Assembly: GCF_963921235.1 (NCBI RefSeq)
Contig: NC_086097.1
Location: 75,208,001 to 75,272,000, forward strand
Origin: Mobula hypostoma
Taxonomy: Eukaryota
Direction of reading: 5' to 3'
Length of the DNA: 64,000 bases
Shown here: one piece after another, positions 38,301 to 52,073 of the stretch
Numbering within the stretch: the first letter of the stretch is position 1
Layout of the letters: each line of letters starts with the position of its first letter
Program-made: the position numbers and the translations under genes
Notes under the pieces: generated by a model
Seen by the model: the letters and a program-made list of their open reading frames with translations, nothing else
What the model was told of the DNA's origin: nothing
The model's database searches: none

Positions 38301-41300
38301 TAAATGTATGGCGCTGATCATATGAGGTGCAAAAATCATTATATTCTTGGACTTGGAATGTGTCCGGGTTGACCAGGTTGAGTCAAGTTTTAATTTTGTA
38401 ACCTGACCAACTAGTAATGCAGTCTCCGGTTTCAGCTTGGAGTGGCTTTTTAATGACTGGAAATCTTGGAGCATTGTTTTCCTTGCAACTTCTGCATTAA
38501 ATGTCAGAGCATAATTAAATTTTGGATTGCACTAGTTTGATGCATGGCTTTAGTGGTGTACATTCTGTCTGGAAATGAATTTTATTTGCCTTCAGTACTT
38601 TTATTGTTCTAATGCAGTGGTACAAATTCAGAGATGCAATTGTTATCCCAGGCTCCAAGCTGGAAGGAGAGGAACTAAAACCATTGCAAAAGTGATCTTT
38701 AATGCCACTGGAAAGATGCTTTGCAGTAGCAGTTCTGGTTTATTGCTCCTGATGTGTCCTCACAGTGTCTCTTTTGATTAAGTGGAATCTCTTTAAACTC
38801 CTTAGTCAGTTTGATTTTGGAGGCTGATTCTGGGAAACCCAATGTAGATCGAATGTCCATCTGTCAATACTTTTACTGCTCCTCATCCTCCTTGTCCTTT
38901 CAAACATCCAGTCCTTTCCTCATCTCACCTAATGCAGAAGGATTAAGAGGTATAGTCAAGCAAGCCCCCTTATTTGGTAGTGATTGATCTAGGCTTGTTA
39001 AAGTATGTTTCATCGCCATGGTTTCTTAGGATTTTTCACGTTCCATAATTAGCCAAACTCCAGTAATCTACATAAAGAACTCATCTTGCATAAAGTAATG
39101 TTGGTGGTGGGACAAGAAAAAGTGTGGCAATAGTTTCATATGATGAACACTGGGTTCCCTATGCACAATTATATCATGGTATTAGTTGGATTGATGCAGT
39201 TGAGATTGCATTGCATGTGGATATGTGGATAGGCGTCTCAATCCTTCTGGTTTCAGGGGCAAAACAATTCCTACTACCCTTGATATTTTATTGGGCAACA
39301 CAGACTATACTGAAAATGTGCACACACTTCATTAAGACTTTTCAGCCAAACAAGTACCCACAATACCAAAACAAAGTTCACACTGTGCCCAATTATGTGG
39401 CCTACATCTTTTAATGAGCTGTGTAGATGTTCAAGTCTACACATATTACATATTTATTGTAGTGATATTATTTAATTTGTATGCAGTTTCAGTGGTTAAA
39501 ATGTTGACTCCAGGACGTATTTGTCAACCTTTAAACTTAACTTCATGTGAGAGACTGCCAATTACGTAGAAGTGAAATGAAGTGAGAGAACTATCTTTGT
39601 CTACTTGTTTTATGCTTTGTAGAGAGCAGAAAATTATCATTTACAAGCTGAGCATAATTATGTGGCAAGATAGGTATGGGAGGAGGGCTTCAGAAAATCA
39701 GACTTAAATTTTATTCTTCCTGAAGTAACATATTTACACTATTTCTGGAGTCAGATCCTTAAAAATAAGTGTTATCACTACTGTTTGACAGTTCTAAGAA
39801 TTGGACTTTGTATCTGTTCCACAAAAGCTTGTCAGCATTAATTTTTAAAGTGAAATTCTACCTTTATAATTGTATGTTGTTTTTGTCACATTTTACGAAA
39901 AATGATGGATCTGTTTAATTTAATGCGCTTAATTTGATCAACATTAATCTTGTTGGGCCTGGAAAGCCTTCTCAGCAAAATGTGAGGGATTATGATTACA
40001 TCATTTTTCAATCTGCAATCTCTGTAAGTGAACCCATCTTAATCTCACAGCGAGAAGCCTTACCATTTTCATTAACAGATTATAATTGGGTCTAGCTCAT
40101 TAGCAATGATAAAATCAGTATCAGGAAAATACTATACAGTAAACCCAATTAAATTCATACTTATTACATTTAAATTTAAGTGCATGGATTATTTTTACAC
40201 AATATATTCTCCCATGTTTTTTTGCTCCAATAATAGATGTGTAAGAATTTACAGTCCAGCCATATTACACATCTGAGTAACAGATTACTAGCTGCAATTT
40301 TACATTAGAAAATATAAATCTGTTCATTGCTTACCTAAACATGTCAGCTTAACAGTTCATCATTCAATAAAGAACAAAGCCTTGTGTGATTTATGCCAGA
40401 GGAACAGTGGAACAAGGTAAACGGCAGAGCTGGCAAGATTGGGCATGCTGACGCCTTGCGGACAATAGCAGATTCACCTTGTTGGAAGACATTGAGTCCC
40501 GTCAGGTTGGAAAGGGATTTTCTTAGTAGCAAAGCCCAGCAATGATCTTTAGAGACTATCCAGGCCTTCAGTAGTTGACTGACATTTTAATCTTCATGCT
40601 CAGATGCTGCCTGAACAGCTAAGTATTTCTAGCATTTTCCACTTTTTAAAAGTACAAATATAATTCAATATAATCTTCCTCACTAAAATAGATGATTATC
40701 TATTGTACTTTAACAATTTCCTGTGCGTGCATCCTTCCTGGGGTAAACCATTGTGTTCTTCGAGTCACTGCCGGCAATTATCTTTCCCAAAGGACCTGAA
40801 ATCATGTATTTCAGTAATATTGGTCAGTGGAACAACTTCCCTTCAAAAACTGGGCAGAGCCACCTCTTCCTTCCAAATCTGCCTATTTTATAGGCATCAT
40901 GCCTTTTATTTGCCTGCCAACACAATTGTTCTTTCAGTGTCCATACCTCTAGAAGCTCAGGGAACTTAATCAACTGGGCATTACAAAATATTAATTCAAG
41001 ATATACCCCAGCTCCAGACCTACAAATAGTTCCCAAAAGAAATTAACGAAGATTCATTAAAGCAACCGAAATAAATAATGTACATTTTGACACATTGAAA
41101 GACAGATAAACAGTTGCTGAAAGCAATGAATAAACCCAGCACGCCTGTTGGCTGGCTACAATTTATTTATCACACCAGACAAGAGATATTTTAATTCAAA
41201 CAACATAATGCCAACCCAACATCCCCCACCAGGACAAGCAATCGACTTCACAAATCAATCATCCAAATCCAGTGTATGAAGAATGAAAAGGTTTTCCTTA

Positions 41301-42019
41301 CGTAACACCTTTCACAACCTCAGGGCATTCAAAATATGCCATTTTTTTCTACATCCAAATCCTATCTCTTATCTTTTTTTTTGCAATTCTGATGAAATAT
41401 CTGTGACCTGAGACATTAACAGTTTCTCCTTCCACAGATGATTCCTGACCTTCAGAGTACCTCCAGCGTTTCCTGCATTGATTTTCCCATCTCCAGCATC
41501 TACAATATTTTTCTTATTTTGCTTTGTTATCAGTAAGTCCAGTCATTTTATATCTGCATCATAGAACTGACAGATCCTCCCTTTCCGCATTCAATCTGGT
41601 GGCAGTGTTCTGTCAATGGACTACAGGGAAGGGACTGATGGTGCAGTCAACACCTGGAATATGTTTGGAGATTGTTGCTGGTGGACGAGTGCTGGAGAGG
41701 AAAGATAAGGGTCAAGCAGTTGAGTGAAAGAGAGAGATGAGAGAGGGCTGTCAGGAGAGGGATACAGAAGTAGGGAAAATGACGAGAATAGAGTAAGAAG
41801 GAATACAGGGTTGTGGCAATTGAGGAAGGGAATATGGGCAAGGTTGTGTATCTTTACATATATTTTTATATATTTAACTTGTTCTAACAAAATAAACAGC
41901 CCCCATTTAGCTGATGCCTGCTCTTTGAGTCCTCCCAACAGTACCATTCTCCCACATTTCCCAGAAACATTCTTTCACATGCTAATCTGCTCCCCTCCGC
42001 TGCTTCTGATGCTGGAGAC

Positions 42020-43339
42020 AATAATCATACCAATGCCCAAGAGCAGAGTGCTGTCTCAATGACTTTCACGTAGTGGTACTTACATCTACTGTGATGAAAT
42101 GCTTTGAGAGGTTAGTCATGGTTAGAATCAGCTCCTGCCTAAGCAAGTACCTGCACCTGCTGCAGTTTGCCTCTCACCACGAGAGGTCTACCGCAGATGC
42201 AATCTCACTGGCTCTCCACTTGGACTTGGATCACCTAATAGAAATACCTATGTCAGGCTGCTGTTTATTAACTACAGATCAGCATTCAGCTCATTACAGT
42301 CAGTTATAATCAACATGCTCCAAAACCTGGGCCACGGTGCCTCTCTCTGGGTCCTTGACTTCCTCACCGGGAGACCACAGTCCACGTAGATCAGAAATAA
42401 CATCTCCTTGCTGACAATCAATACCGTTGCACCACAAAGATGTATTTTCAGCCCACTGCTCAACTCTCTCTACTCCCACAATTGTGTGGCTGGGCACAGC
42501 TGAATTGCCATCTATAAATTTGCTGATGACACAGCTATTGTTGGTAGAATTTCAGATGGTGATGAGGAGGCATACAGGAGCAAGATAGTTAGCTGATTAA
42601 GTGGTATCACAGCAGCAGCCTTGCATTCAATGTCAGTAAGACCAAGGAGTTGATTGTGGAACTCAGGAAGGGGAAGTCAAGAGAGAACATACTAGTCCTC
42701 AGTAAGGGATCAGCAGTGGAAAAGGTGAGCCATTTCATGTTCCTGGGACCAGCAATTTGATGCAATTACAAAGAAGGCACAGCAGCAGCTATATTTCATT
42801 AGCAGTTTTAGGAGAATTGGTACATCACTAAGGACACGCATGAACTTCTACAGATGTACTGTGGAGAGCATTCTAACTGGTTACATCACTCTCTGGTATG
42901 GAGGGGCCACTGCACAGGATCAGAAAAAGCTGTAGAAAGTTGTATACCCACTCTGCTCCATCATGGCCACAAGCCTCCCCAGGAGACTAAGGATATCTTC
43001 AAAAGGTGATGCCTCAGAAAGGTGGCATCCCATTAAAGACCACCATCATCTCCTCATCAAGGAGAAGATACAGGAGCCTGAAGGCACTCACGCAACTTTT
43101 TATGAACAGCTTCTTCCCCTCTGCCATCAGATAGCTGAATAGATAAGACCCCATGAACACTACCTTAGTTTTTTCCCTATCTTTTTGTACTACTTATTTA
43201 ATTTAATTTTTATTTTTGTTATATATTTCTTTTTGTAATATTTCAATTTGTTATTATGCATAGCAATGTACTGCTGCTGCAAACAACACATTTCATGACA
43301 TGCCAGTGATTTTAAACCTGATTCTGTTTCTGATTCTGA
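42020..43339 (+). mobile_element. Rex1/Babar LINE 3' half
   Basis: LTSTVMKCFERLV...LQFASHHERSTADAISLALH; AIYKFADDT motif at about 42510-42535; (ATTCTG)n tail. Confidence 0.85.
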
Positions 43340-45742
43340 GGCAATTTATCACGGCCAATTAACCTTTTATGTATGCTTCAGTTCCTCATCTCCATTTATC
43401 TTGGATCTCCTTGACATTGAACCAAAGCCTCTTTCTGTCAAGGTTATGTGATGGATTCTTCATAATCATTCCCCCACATTAAGAGTTTACTCATAGGAAG
43501 CTTCCAGTTCTCAGAATCAGAGTAGAAGCTAGCAATTATAAAGATGAGAACTGTCCAAGAAGATGGAGAGAATGATTATTAATGGGGAAGTTAGTCCAAT
43601 TTTGGACTCTTACTTCTTCATTTAGGCATATGCTCATCCAAGAACAATAAATCTGAACTTGAAATCAAACCCATTTCTAAATCTGCCCATGTTGGCAATG
43701 CTGTGGTGCACAATATTCCTCAGTCCAAAAGTAGTTGCCAGCAAAGCATCACCTCACTTGGCAATGACCCTTGTAGTAAAAATGGCAATGCCTTTTCTGG
43801 ATATGTCACTGTTGGCACTGTATCTTCCTGATCTCAAGTGGCAATACGCTGCGTACTGGCAGAGCCTTATCCTGTGCAATACCACAAAATACCAGCAAAT
43901 ACTTTGGCAGCCAGGAAAGCCATGTTATAGTAATGATGTCCTTGAATATTTCTGAATGTCACCAGATTTCAGAAATTTTTCAAAAACAATTATCAATCAA
44001 CAAACAATTAAAACATTTAATTATTAATTTTTAAAAATAATTTAAACACTTAAAAAACCTTAGTCAATTATGAATTCTAAATTATAATAAAAATTCAAAA
44101 CAAAGCAGTATTGAAGCACTTAATAGCACTTCAAAAATTATGGCATTGAAAATTTAAAAATATGTTGGTTTTCTTCTATTTATGTGTGTCTCTCAGTTAT
44201 TCTCCACTTAAGTAACTGTTCTTGCAACAAGTTAACCCATTCTGAGTAGACAACTTCTTTAATGTACATACTGGCATAGGTTTGTCAGCAAGTTTGTGAC
44301 CTGCACATGAATTTGGAATTGGTTTATTGTCATCACATGTACCAAGGTACAGTGAGAAGCTTTTTGCGCATTCTCTACACATACAAATGTAGATCAGATG
44401 CATTAAGATAGAAAAAGGTAAAACAGAAATAATGCAGAATAAAGTATAACTGCTATAGAGAAAATACAGTGCAGGTAAACAATAAGGTGCAAGATTTCTG
44501 TCATTTTTCAGTCTATTATTTGTTCCCACTCTGCTCTTTGTGCAGTGTTTCTCAATCTCTCTATCTATCCTTGGTAAAGTCAATCTATTGTATTAGGACA
44601 AAAGATGGCAAGAGGCCAAAGACAATATTAGCAATTCTCTATGATTTTTGTGAAATATGTAAAGATTAAAGAGTAATGTTCTGGGCACTGCTACGAGCAG
44701 CTCAAGAGCCCAAAAGTTTAAAAGAAACCATCTAGTTCAATTCTTTAGAATCGTCTGTCTAAATCCTAGAGCATTTAAAATGTTGTCTAACTGGAAGCTA
44801 GTGGTCAAGAGACATGACCCTGTAAGGGTAACTCCAACCAGAAAAAGCAACCGTAACTAAAGGCAGGACATGATGCTTGACACTGCTTGTCATTTTGGAA
44901 AGCGTGCTTTGTGCACGTTTGGCTGATCATGTACAACTCAAAGAGTAAACAAATTAACTGTATTACCCGACTGTACAAATTAACTGGGAGAGATTCACTT
45001 GAAAATTGACTGCTGATATTTCAGCAGAGGCCTCTGCGCCCTTCAGGAAAATACCTTTAGTGAGATGCTTACTAAAAAATTTTGCAAAGCACACCTTTGC
45101 ATTCTGAAGAGATGATTCCAATGTTTAGTCCACCCTGGAGGTACCTTCTAGTACAAGATGAAGTGAATTGGTAAATAACAGCAGGAGGTTTTATAATATC
45201 ACCAGCAAAAGAAAAACTCTAGAAATTTTTCACATTTTCAAGATATCCTAAAGCATTTCACAGTTGTTTTGTAGATAAATGTAGCTTCCAATTTATACTC
45301 AGCAAAGGGCCAGAACAGCAATAACAACATCTTTTATTTAAACAATACATTCAACATTGTAAAATGCCCTGAAACATTTCACAAAAATATAATGAAACAA
45401 AAGTTATTGCCAGGCCACATAAAGGACCTTTGGGGTGGATGACCAAAGGCTTGGTCAAAGAGGAGACCTTAAGCAACAATTTAAAGAAGGAAAGAAAGTT
45501 TAAGTGTCAGAAAGGTTTTGGGAGGTAATTTAATAACTAAAGGAACAGTACTCAACGCCTAAACAATTACATTTGGGCCTTAACAGGATTACAAGAGTAG
45601 AGTATCATATGTTTGTTTGGTGAGGTGACAGAAGTAGAAGTAAATTGGAGGAATTTGAAAACAAGTGTGACAATTTTAAAATCAAAGTGTTATTAAACTC
45701 AAAACTGACTTTGGCAATGAACACCGGTTGTTGTGAATGGCA

Positions 45743-46031
45743 TATGAGGGGTGATTGATAAGTTCGTAGCCTAAGGTAGAAGGAGATGAGTTATACAGAT
45801 CTTGTTACATGCGCATGCAGGTCAACTCTTTGAGTGAAGTTAATAACTCATCAGTTAATATCTCATCAGGGGTGATTGATAAGTATGTGTCCTAAGGGAG
45901 AAGGAGGTGAGTTATTAACTTCAAACTTTCTGCATAATCACTCAAAGAGTTGACCTGCCTGTGCATGCAACGAGAGCTGTATAACTCATCTCCTTCTGCC
46001 TTAGGCCACGAACTTATCAATCACCCTTATA
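45743..46031. mobile_element. Tc1/mariner-type MITE (long palindrome)
   Basis: TA-flanked. Arms 45745-45837 and 45938-46029 are near-perfect reverse complements beginning GAGGGGTGATTGATAAGTTCGT. Confidence 0.8.
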
Positions 46032-46941
46032 TTGTAAGAAAGATAAACTCCATTTAGGCTAAAACTTCAATAGCTTTACTTTAGTTTAATCAATTAAACT
46101 GTTCATTAGTCATAGTGTTTGTGCATCTAAGCTGATCAGATAACTTCCTTTATCTTCAAATTTTAGTCTGTAGTTTTGTGCATTCATAAGATGGACTTAG
46201 AGACAATACTTTCCACAGTATAGCTGTCCTTCCGTACTGCATTGAAAAGTAAGAATGTTAACGTTCTATAAAGGGTCTTGAATCCACATCCTTCCAAATC
46301 AAACAAAAGGATTTCCCTATTGTACCTAAGTGACAATGATCAAACTTGACAATTAAAGCTTGGGTCATATATAAATCACTAAGCATATTTTTTTTTAATC
46401 TGTGAGAAATGAACTATTTAGACTAACAAAAAACAAAAATATTGCTTAGTGAGTCCAAGAGGCATTCAAAATCTATTAAAAAGTATGTGATTATTATAAA
46501 GAATGTTACACTGTATTTATGCAGAAAACAAAACCAATTATCATCAAATTCTCAAAACTGGAAATAGGCTCTGCTAGTGTATATTCAGGTATTTTAACTG
46601 ATGATCCAAGTGAAGGTTATATTTCTGTATTGACATTGCAGAGTCCTTTAAAACTTTCTGACAAACTGTCAATGTGCATACAAATGACAATATCAGCTAT
46701 AATTCTGTGCCTGAGAAAGCAGATAAAAACCGAGGTGAAAATGAGGAAAACAAATTTAAGAAGCTCTTCTCTAACTACTTCCATATGTCCACAGAGTCAA
46801 AACCAGTCCACACTATGATAGCTCCCTAAATTTTCTAGGTGTTTTATTATTAATGTTTTGGGAGTTTCTTGGTATGAATGACTTAAAGATTGATCTGTCA
46901 GCTTGGGAACAAGTGTTAATTCTGCCGTGTTTCTTTGGATC

Positions 46942-47020
46942 CAGGGTTCCCAAATTTTTTTATGCCACGGATCCCTACTATTAACCGAGCGGTCTGTGAA
47001 CCCCAGGTTGGGGGCCCCTG
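46942..47020. mobile_element. Small hAT-type MITE
   Basis: Termini CAGGGTTCCCAA...TTGGGGGCCCCTG. Possible imperfect 8-bp TSD CTTTGGAT / CTTTGAGT. Confidence 0.55.
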
Positions 47021-48635
47021 CTTTGAGTCTCAGCTGAAGACCTAAACGACCAGTACCAGCAGCCACCGTAGCATCTGGGATCATTGGAATTGCTCTGGCA
47101 GTAGCTGACAGATGTACGGATGTGGCCCAAGTGCAGAGAGTGGGAGACTCACTGAAGCAGGTCGATAGTTTTCAGACATTAATGTGAACAAGGTTTTAAG
47201 GGAAAAGAAAAGCAATAAATGCTAAGCCAAACAGGGCCATTAGCTAAAACTCCCAAATGGAAAACTAGATACCAAAATCGTGGCCGAAGGGAATATCAAA
47301 ATATAGAACAAATACCATTGGTCCCCAGTGTCAGTTGACTCAGTAGTCCACTTTCTCAGGCAAGGCCGAATGCAAACAGATAGTGTAACGTTGCTGTGCT
47401 TTGCTCAAGTCCTGACAAGCGCTTCAATGAAGTGAAGGGAGTTAAATCCCATCATATTTAAATAGTAATTAGCTGGCTCTTGCATATTCATGAGTGCAAT
47501 TGCGGGGGTGCACGGACTCCGCATCAGAGTCCGTGGTTGTGACAATAACAGAATCAGCGACAGCGTGTCGCTATCAGATCTGATCTGCCACAAGGAAAAA
47601 CAGAGCATCAGCGAGTCACACAACCGTCAGAGTCCACAGCAGATGTTAAACTGGACACATGAGTCAATAGCTCAGGAAACTCAGGCTGCTGTGTCAGGTC
47701 TCTGCAGAGACATCAGGCCTATTGGCATAGAGCAAATGATTATTCCCTAATCGTGGCACTCCACATGACCAGTGGCGTCAACGTCCTTGGCAAAGCCACT
47801 GAGATTAACAAACGTTGCAACATTTGCAGCATCTAGCAGTCAGCTGTTCAGCTCACTGGCTGAGAGATAAAGGATATCCATTTCATCATTAATCCAAAAG
47901 AAAAGATAATGGTAATCTGAAATGGAACAGAAAAGGCTGGAAAAGCTTAGCAGATCAGGCAGCATCTGTAGAGAAAGACAAACAGAATTATATTTCACAT
48001 TAATAACTTTCATTACAGTATGAAGTATATTTCTTTTCACATACACTGCCTGGCCAGCTAAGTATTTCCATCCATTTTTTTGTGTGTTTATCTTTGATCA
48101 CTGAAAAAGGGTTAAATACAACTGGGAGGAATCCAATAAATAAAGACCAGGAGGGATATACTGTAATAGGCTTCAGATGTACTGTGGACTGGCTGATTAG
48201 TACACTAGTATTGCACTTCTGATGCCTGAACAGGTTGGAAAAGTGCTTTCTGTGCAGACCATAATGGTCATGTCAGGTCTTCACTATTGGGCATCGGTGA
48301 GCTGTGACCTTGGGTGAATGGGAGGAGTGAGGTCAAGAGTACCTCACCCTTACAGATGAATCCAAGGAGCAATGAGTGAAGGTGGCCTGTGCAAGCCATC
48401 CAATGAAAATCCAGCATTCGATTTATTGGTCCTACTGAGTTGGTAGATAGTCTATGCTAGACACAAGGAGGGGGTGTCTTTCTGACAAGTCATTGATTTC
48501 TTCCAGTTACTCTCCTGTGGGATATAAAAGGCAGTGAATTAGCTTTGCTAAAGTAAGAATGTTCTAAATAGTCATTTTGTGTGTGACCATCTTTCACCCA
48601 CACCCTGAGCCAATAGGCTGGTACTGGACTCATTT

Positions 48636-48759
48636 CCTGGCATAATTTACATATTACTATTTAACTATTTATGGTGTTATTACTATTTATTATTTATGGC
48701 GCAACTGTAATGAAAACCAATTTCCCCCGGGATCAATAAAGTATGACTATGACTATGAC
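48636..48759 (+). mobile_element. LINE 3' tail fragment
   Basis: AATTTCCCCCGGGATCAATAAAG followed by a (TATGAC)3 tail. Confidence 0.55.
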
Positions 48760-50761
48760 AATATCAAGTTGACACGAAGTTAGATATACTAGTGAGCTAT
48801 ATCCTGTAGCCCCTCCTTTACAGCTGTGGGTCCCAGCATTTGTTACATAGGCCTGTGGGTCACGGAGTCCAATAATTTGCCCATCCCATAACTGATTACT
48901 GACTGAATCCCTCCCTTTTTAAAGCAAAGTTACAATATAAGCAGTCCATCAACTCTTGAAGAAAAAAACTTTAGCCAGGAAAGATTGAAAAAGTGACAAC
49001 CAAAGCTTTTAAGATTTTCTCTCTCATTTCATTTGGGATATATTTCACCCAGGCTTGGTGATTTATCTATCTTCATAAATGCGAAACCACTTCATATTTT
49101 CCCTTTTACGATGTTTATTGCATCCAACCTTCCATGCCTTCTGCCTTAATCACAGCATTATCCCCCTCCTATGTGAAGGCAGAGGCAAAATATTCCTTAG
49201 AAGTCTTGCCCACCTCCTTTGCTTGCTTAAAGATATTACATCTTTTGTGGATAGACCATGAAAATGTTTATTTCACTTCTCTTACGTCTGTTTTTTTTTA
49301 TCTTAAATGTGTTTCTGGAACTGTTAGAGCCTGCGATTTACAGTTTGGAGATCAATTGAGTGACCCAGTCTTTTGTTGTCTCTGAGAAGATTCCAGGAAA
49401 TGAGCCTTAAGGTGAACAGACTACGAGATGTGGCACAAGCCGATGCTTGACTTCAATTTGCTGATTAAAGCTTCCATTATTCACCGATTAAAGCAACAAA
49501 GAAGATTGAAACATGGAGGCAAACATGAAAGGTGAGGTAGGGTTCAGCGCCAACTGCCTGCCTTTTGATGCTGATGGGATCCTCTGCTACCAAAGATGGA
49601 GGCTGTGTGGCCTATCACCGTGCCCAGAGGATAGGCCTCTGCATTTCAGCAGTGTCCCTTTCTTTCGATGAAGTTAGAGGATGTTACCGAGGTTCCGCTT
49701 TTATGGATTTAGACAATGGATTATGGACTTTTTCAGACTTATGGTTTTTATATTCTACCTTGATGCCCATTCTTTCCCATTATATTTTTGTGTGAGGGAG
49801 GGGGGTTTGGAGGTCAAAGTTTTTGACAGTTTTTTGTGCTGGGGAGGGGGAGTGGGTTTGCTGTTGGTCTCTGAACTGGCTTCCATGGGTTTTCCCTTTG
49901 TTTTGTGGCTATCTGGAGAAGAAGAATGTTACAGTTGTATACTGCATACATACTTTGATAATAAATGAACCTTTGAAGCTTTGAGAATAGATAGCTACGT
50001 AGGGCTGGCACAGAGAGGAATTAAGGCTGGGGGCAGACCAGCCATGACCATTTTGAAATGCAAGCTAGAGCTGAGGGTTACCATGTGGTTTACCACTTGT
50101 CCATTTTCACATGAATGTTAAATTTGATGTGATATACACATCAGCATGTATTGCTCACAATATGATTTGGTTATTAAACCAGTTTGAACATACAATCCAC
50201 CAGCTTAGCACCATTTGTGTCTGTGGAACCTAGCAGCTACTTTCAGGCAAGTTGTCTTGCTTCCCTTGTTGGCTTCTTCTGCCCACTCATTCCATGTATT
50301 TCTTTATAACCACCTGTCATGAGCCCTGCCAGCCTTGCACCTGTATTTGTTAAATGTCATCTTATGCTTTCCGTTTAATCTTATTGTGATTATTTTGACT
50401 GGCTCGGGTTTTCAGCTTACTGTGATTATTTAAAGTGGACACGCAATTAGCACATCACAGGGTCCTTGTGTGTGTGTTTTGAGAATATTTGATCTCGTGG
50501 TTTTGCTTGGTTAAGCCACTGAAGTGAATTTGGAGATCTGATGAATAAACTCTTGTTTCTGTCTCAACAGGGGAGTTTGTCATTTCTCCACTCCTGGGTT
50601 TAATCATCTGTTAGCACATACTGTGACAGAAGGACCCTGCACCATAAGTGGATCAGTAGAGGTTCAATAGCGGCTTGGACATCGGCCGAATGGAGGCAAG
50701 GGTGCCTTCTACACTCAGTTCATATCTTGAGTCTACATTCCTATTGTCCGGTCTAAATTCT

Positions 50762-50870
50762 GAGTGTCCTGAGGCTACATTCCGAGTGTCCTGAGACTAT
50801 GTTCCGAGTGTCCTGAGTCTACGTTCCTAGTGTCCTGAGTCTACGTTCTGAGTGTCCTGAGGCTACATTC
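50762..50870 (+). repeat. 22-bp tandem repeat, about 5 copies
   Basis: Unit GAGTGTCCTGAG(G/A/T)CTACRTTCY. Confidence 0.85.
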
Positions 50871-50984
50871 AAATTCATCAAGTTTCTTGATTCTCCCATG
50901 GCCCTCCATGTTTCTGAGGGCTATTCATATTTCCAAGTTTGATGCTATGTTCCAAGTTATATGCAATGTTCCTGAGCTTTCCAA

Positions 50985-51295
50985 CTCTGTATCAAGAGCA
51001 TCGGGCCTGTTTTGAACTTACCAGCCCTGTCTCGATGCACCTGTCTCGATGCATCAGGTTTGTTTCAAATTTACCAGCCCTGTCTCGAGACTATCAGGTC
51101 TGTCTCAAATTTATCAGGCCTGTCTTGAGAACATCCGACCTGTCTCGAATTTCCCAGGCCTGTCTTGAGAACATCAGGCCTGTCTTGAATTTGCCAGCCC
51201 TGTCTCGAGACCATCAGGTCAGTCTCGACTTCATCAGTCCTGTCTGGAGAGCATCAGGTATGTTTTGAATTTACCAACCATATCTCAAATTCCCC
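50985..51295 (+). repeat. Degenerate alternating 20/21-bp tandem array
   Basis: Alternating CCTGTCTCGAGA(C/A)CATCAGG and CCTGTCTYGAATTTACCAGC units. Confidence 0.75.
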
Positions 51296-52073
51296 AGGAC
51301 TCCTTGGGCCATTGGGTGCCGACCTTAGGAGGGAGACACAGTCATGTGCCCTGCTGGCCTTGCACCTATATTTGTTAATCGTCCTCTTATCTAGAGTCAT
51401 TGTGCCCTTGCGCATTCTGTTTAATCTTGTCAAGTTTATTTTGATTGGCATGGGTTTTCAGCTTACTGTGATTATTTAAAGCAAACTCCAATTAGTGTTT
51501 TATCGTGGGGTCCCTGTACGTGAGTTTTGAGAATGATCCCTCTCATGGTGTCCCATGGTCAAGCTGCCAAATTTCAGTCGGAGTTCTGATGAATAAATTC
51601 TTGTTTCTGTTCCAAAATGGGAGTTTGTCATTCCCCCACACCTGGGTTCACTTGTTTGTTAGCGCACACATGACACCACCAGCTCCAGCCTAGTGGGTGC
51701 ATTGAAAATAAGGCACAGCTTTTACCCAGTTTTGCAGACACTGGAAATCAGAAGTAGGAATAGCGAATGCTGGTAATATTCAACAGATCATGCAGTGTCT
51801 GTGGAGAAACAAAGAGAGTTAATGTTTTTGATCAATGTCCTTTCTTCGTAATGTTAACTATTTCCTATCCACAGATGCTGTCTTGCTGAGTATTTACAGT
51901 GCATTTTTTTTTACCTTTAACTATTTGGAATGCATTCTTCCATTTCCTACTGTCATCTTCGGACTCCAAAATCTCTGAACTGTATGCTTAGGGTGAAACA
52001 CTAAATACTAGATAATAATAAAATATAAACCTGCAGATTCTGGAAATAAGAAAAATAAAAACAGAAATGCCAG

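Larger units (their letters stand above)
50315..51675 (+). mobile_element. Non-autonomous miniature LTR element (TRIM-like, sushi/Tf1-type)
   Basis: 5' LTR 50315-50628 (TGTCA...TGACA), 3' LTR 51340-51675, PPT AGGAGGGAGA before the 3' LTR, and a perfect 5-bp TSD CCACC (50310-50314 and 51676-51680). The 711-bp interior has no recognisable pol. Confidence 0.9.

Noticed and set aside
47490..47750. 86-aa ORF with slight resemblance to a Harbinger 'AIAG' motif
   Set aside because: No DDE context; the region is better explained as non-coding.
50762..51295. Regularly spaced repeats resembling a CRISPR array
   Set aside because: Head-to-tail tandem units with no unique spacers, located inside a eukaryotic LTR element, and no cas genes.
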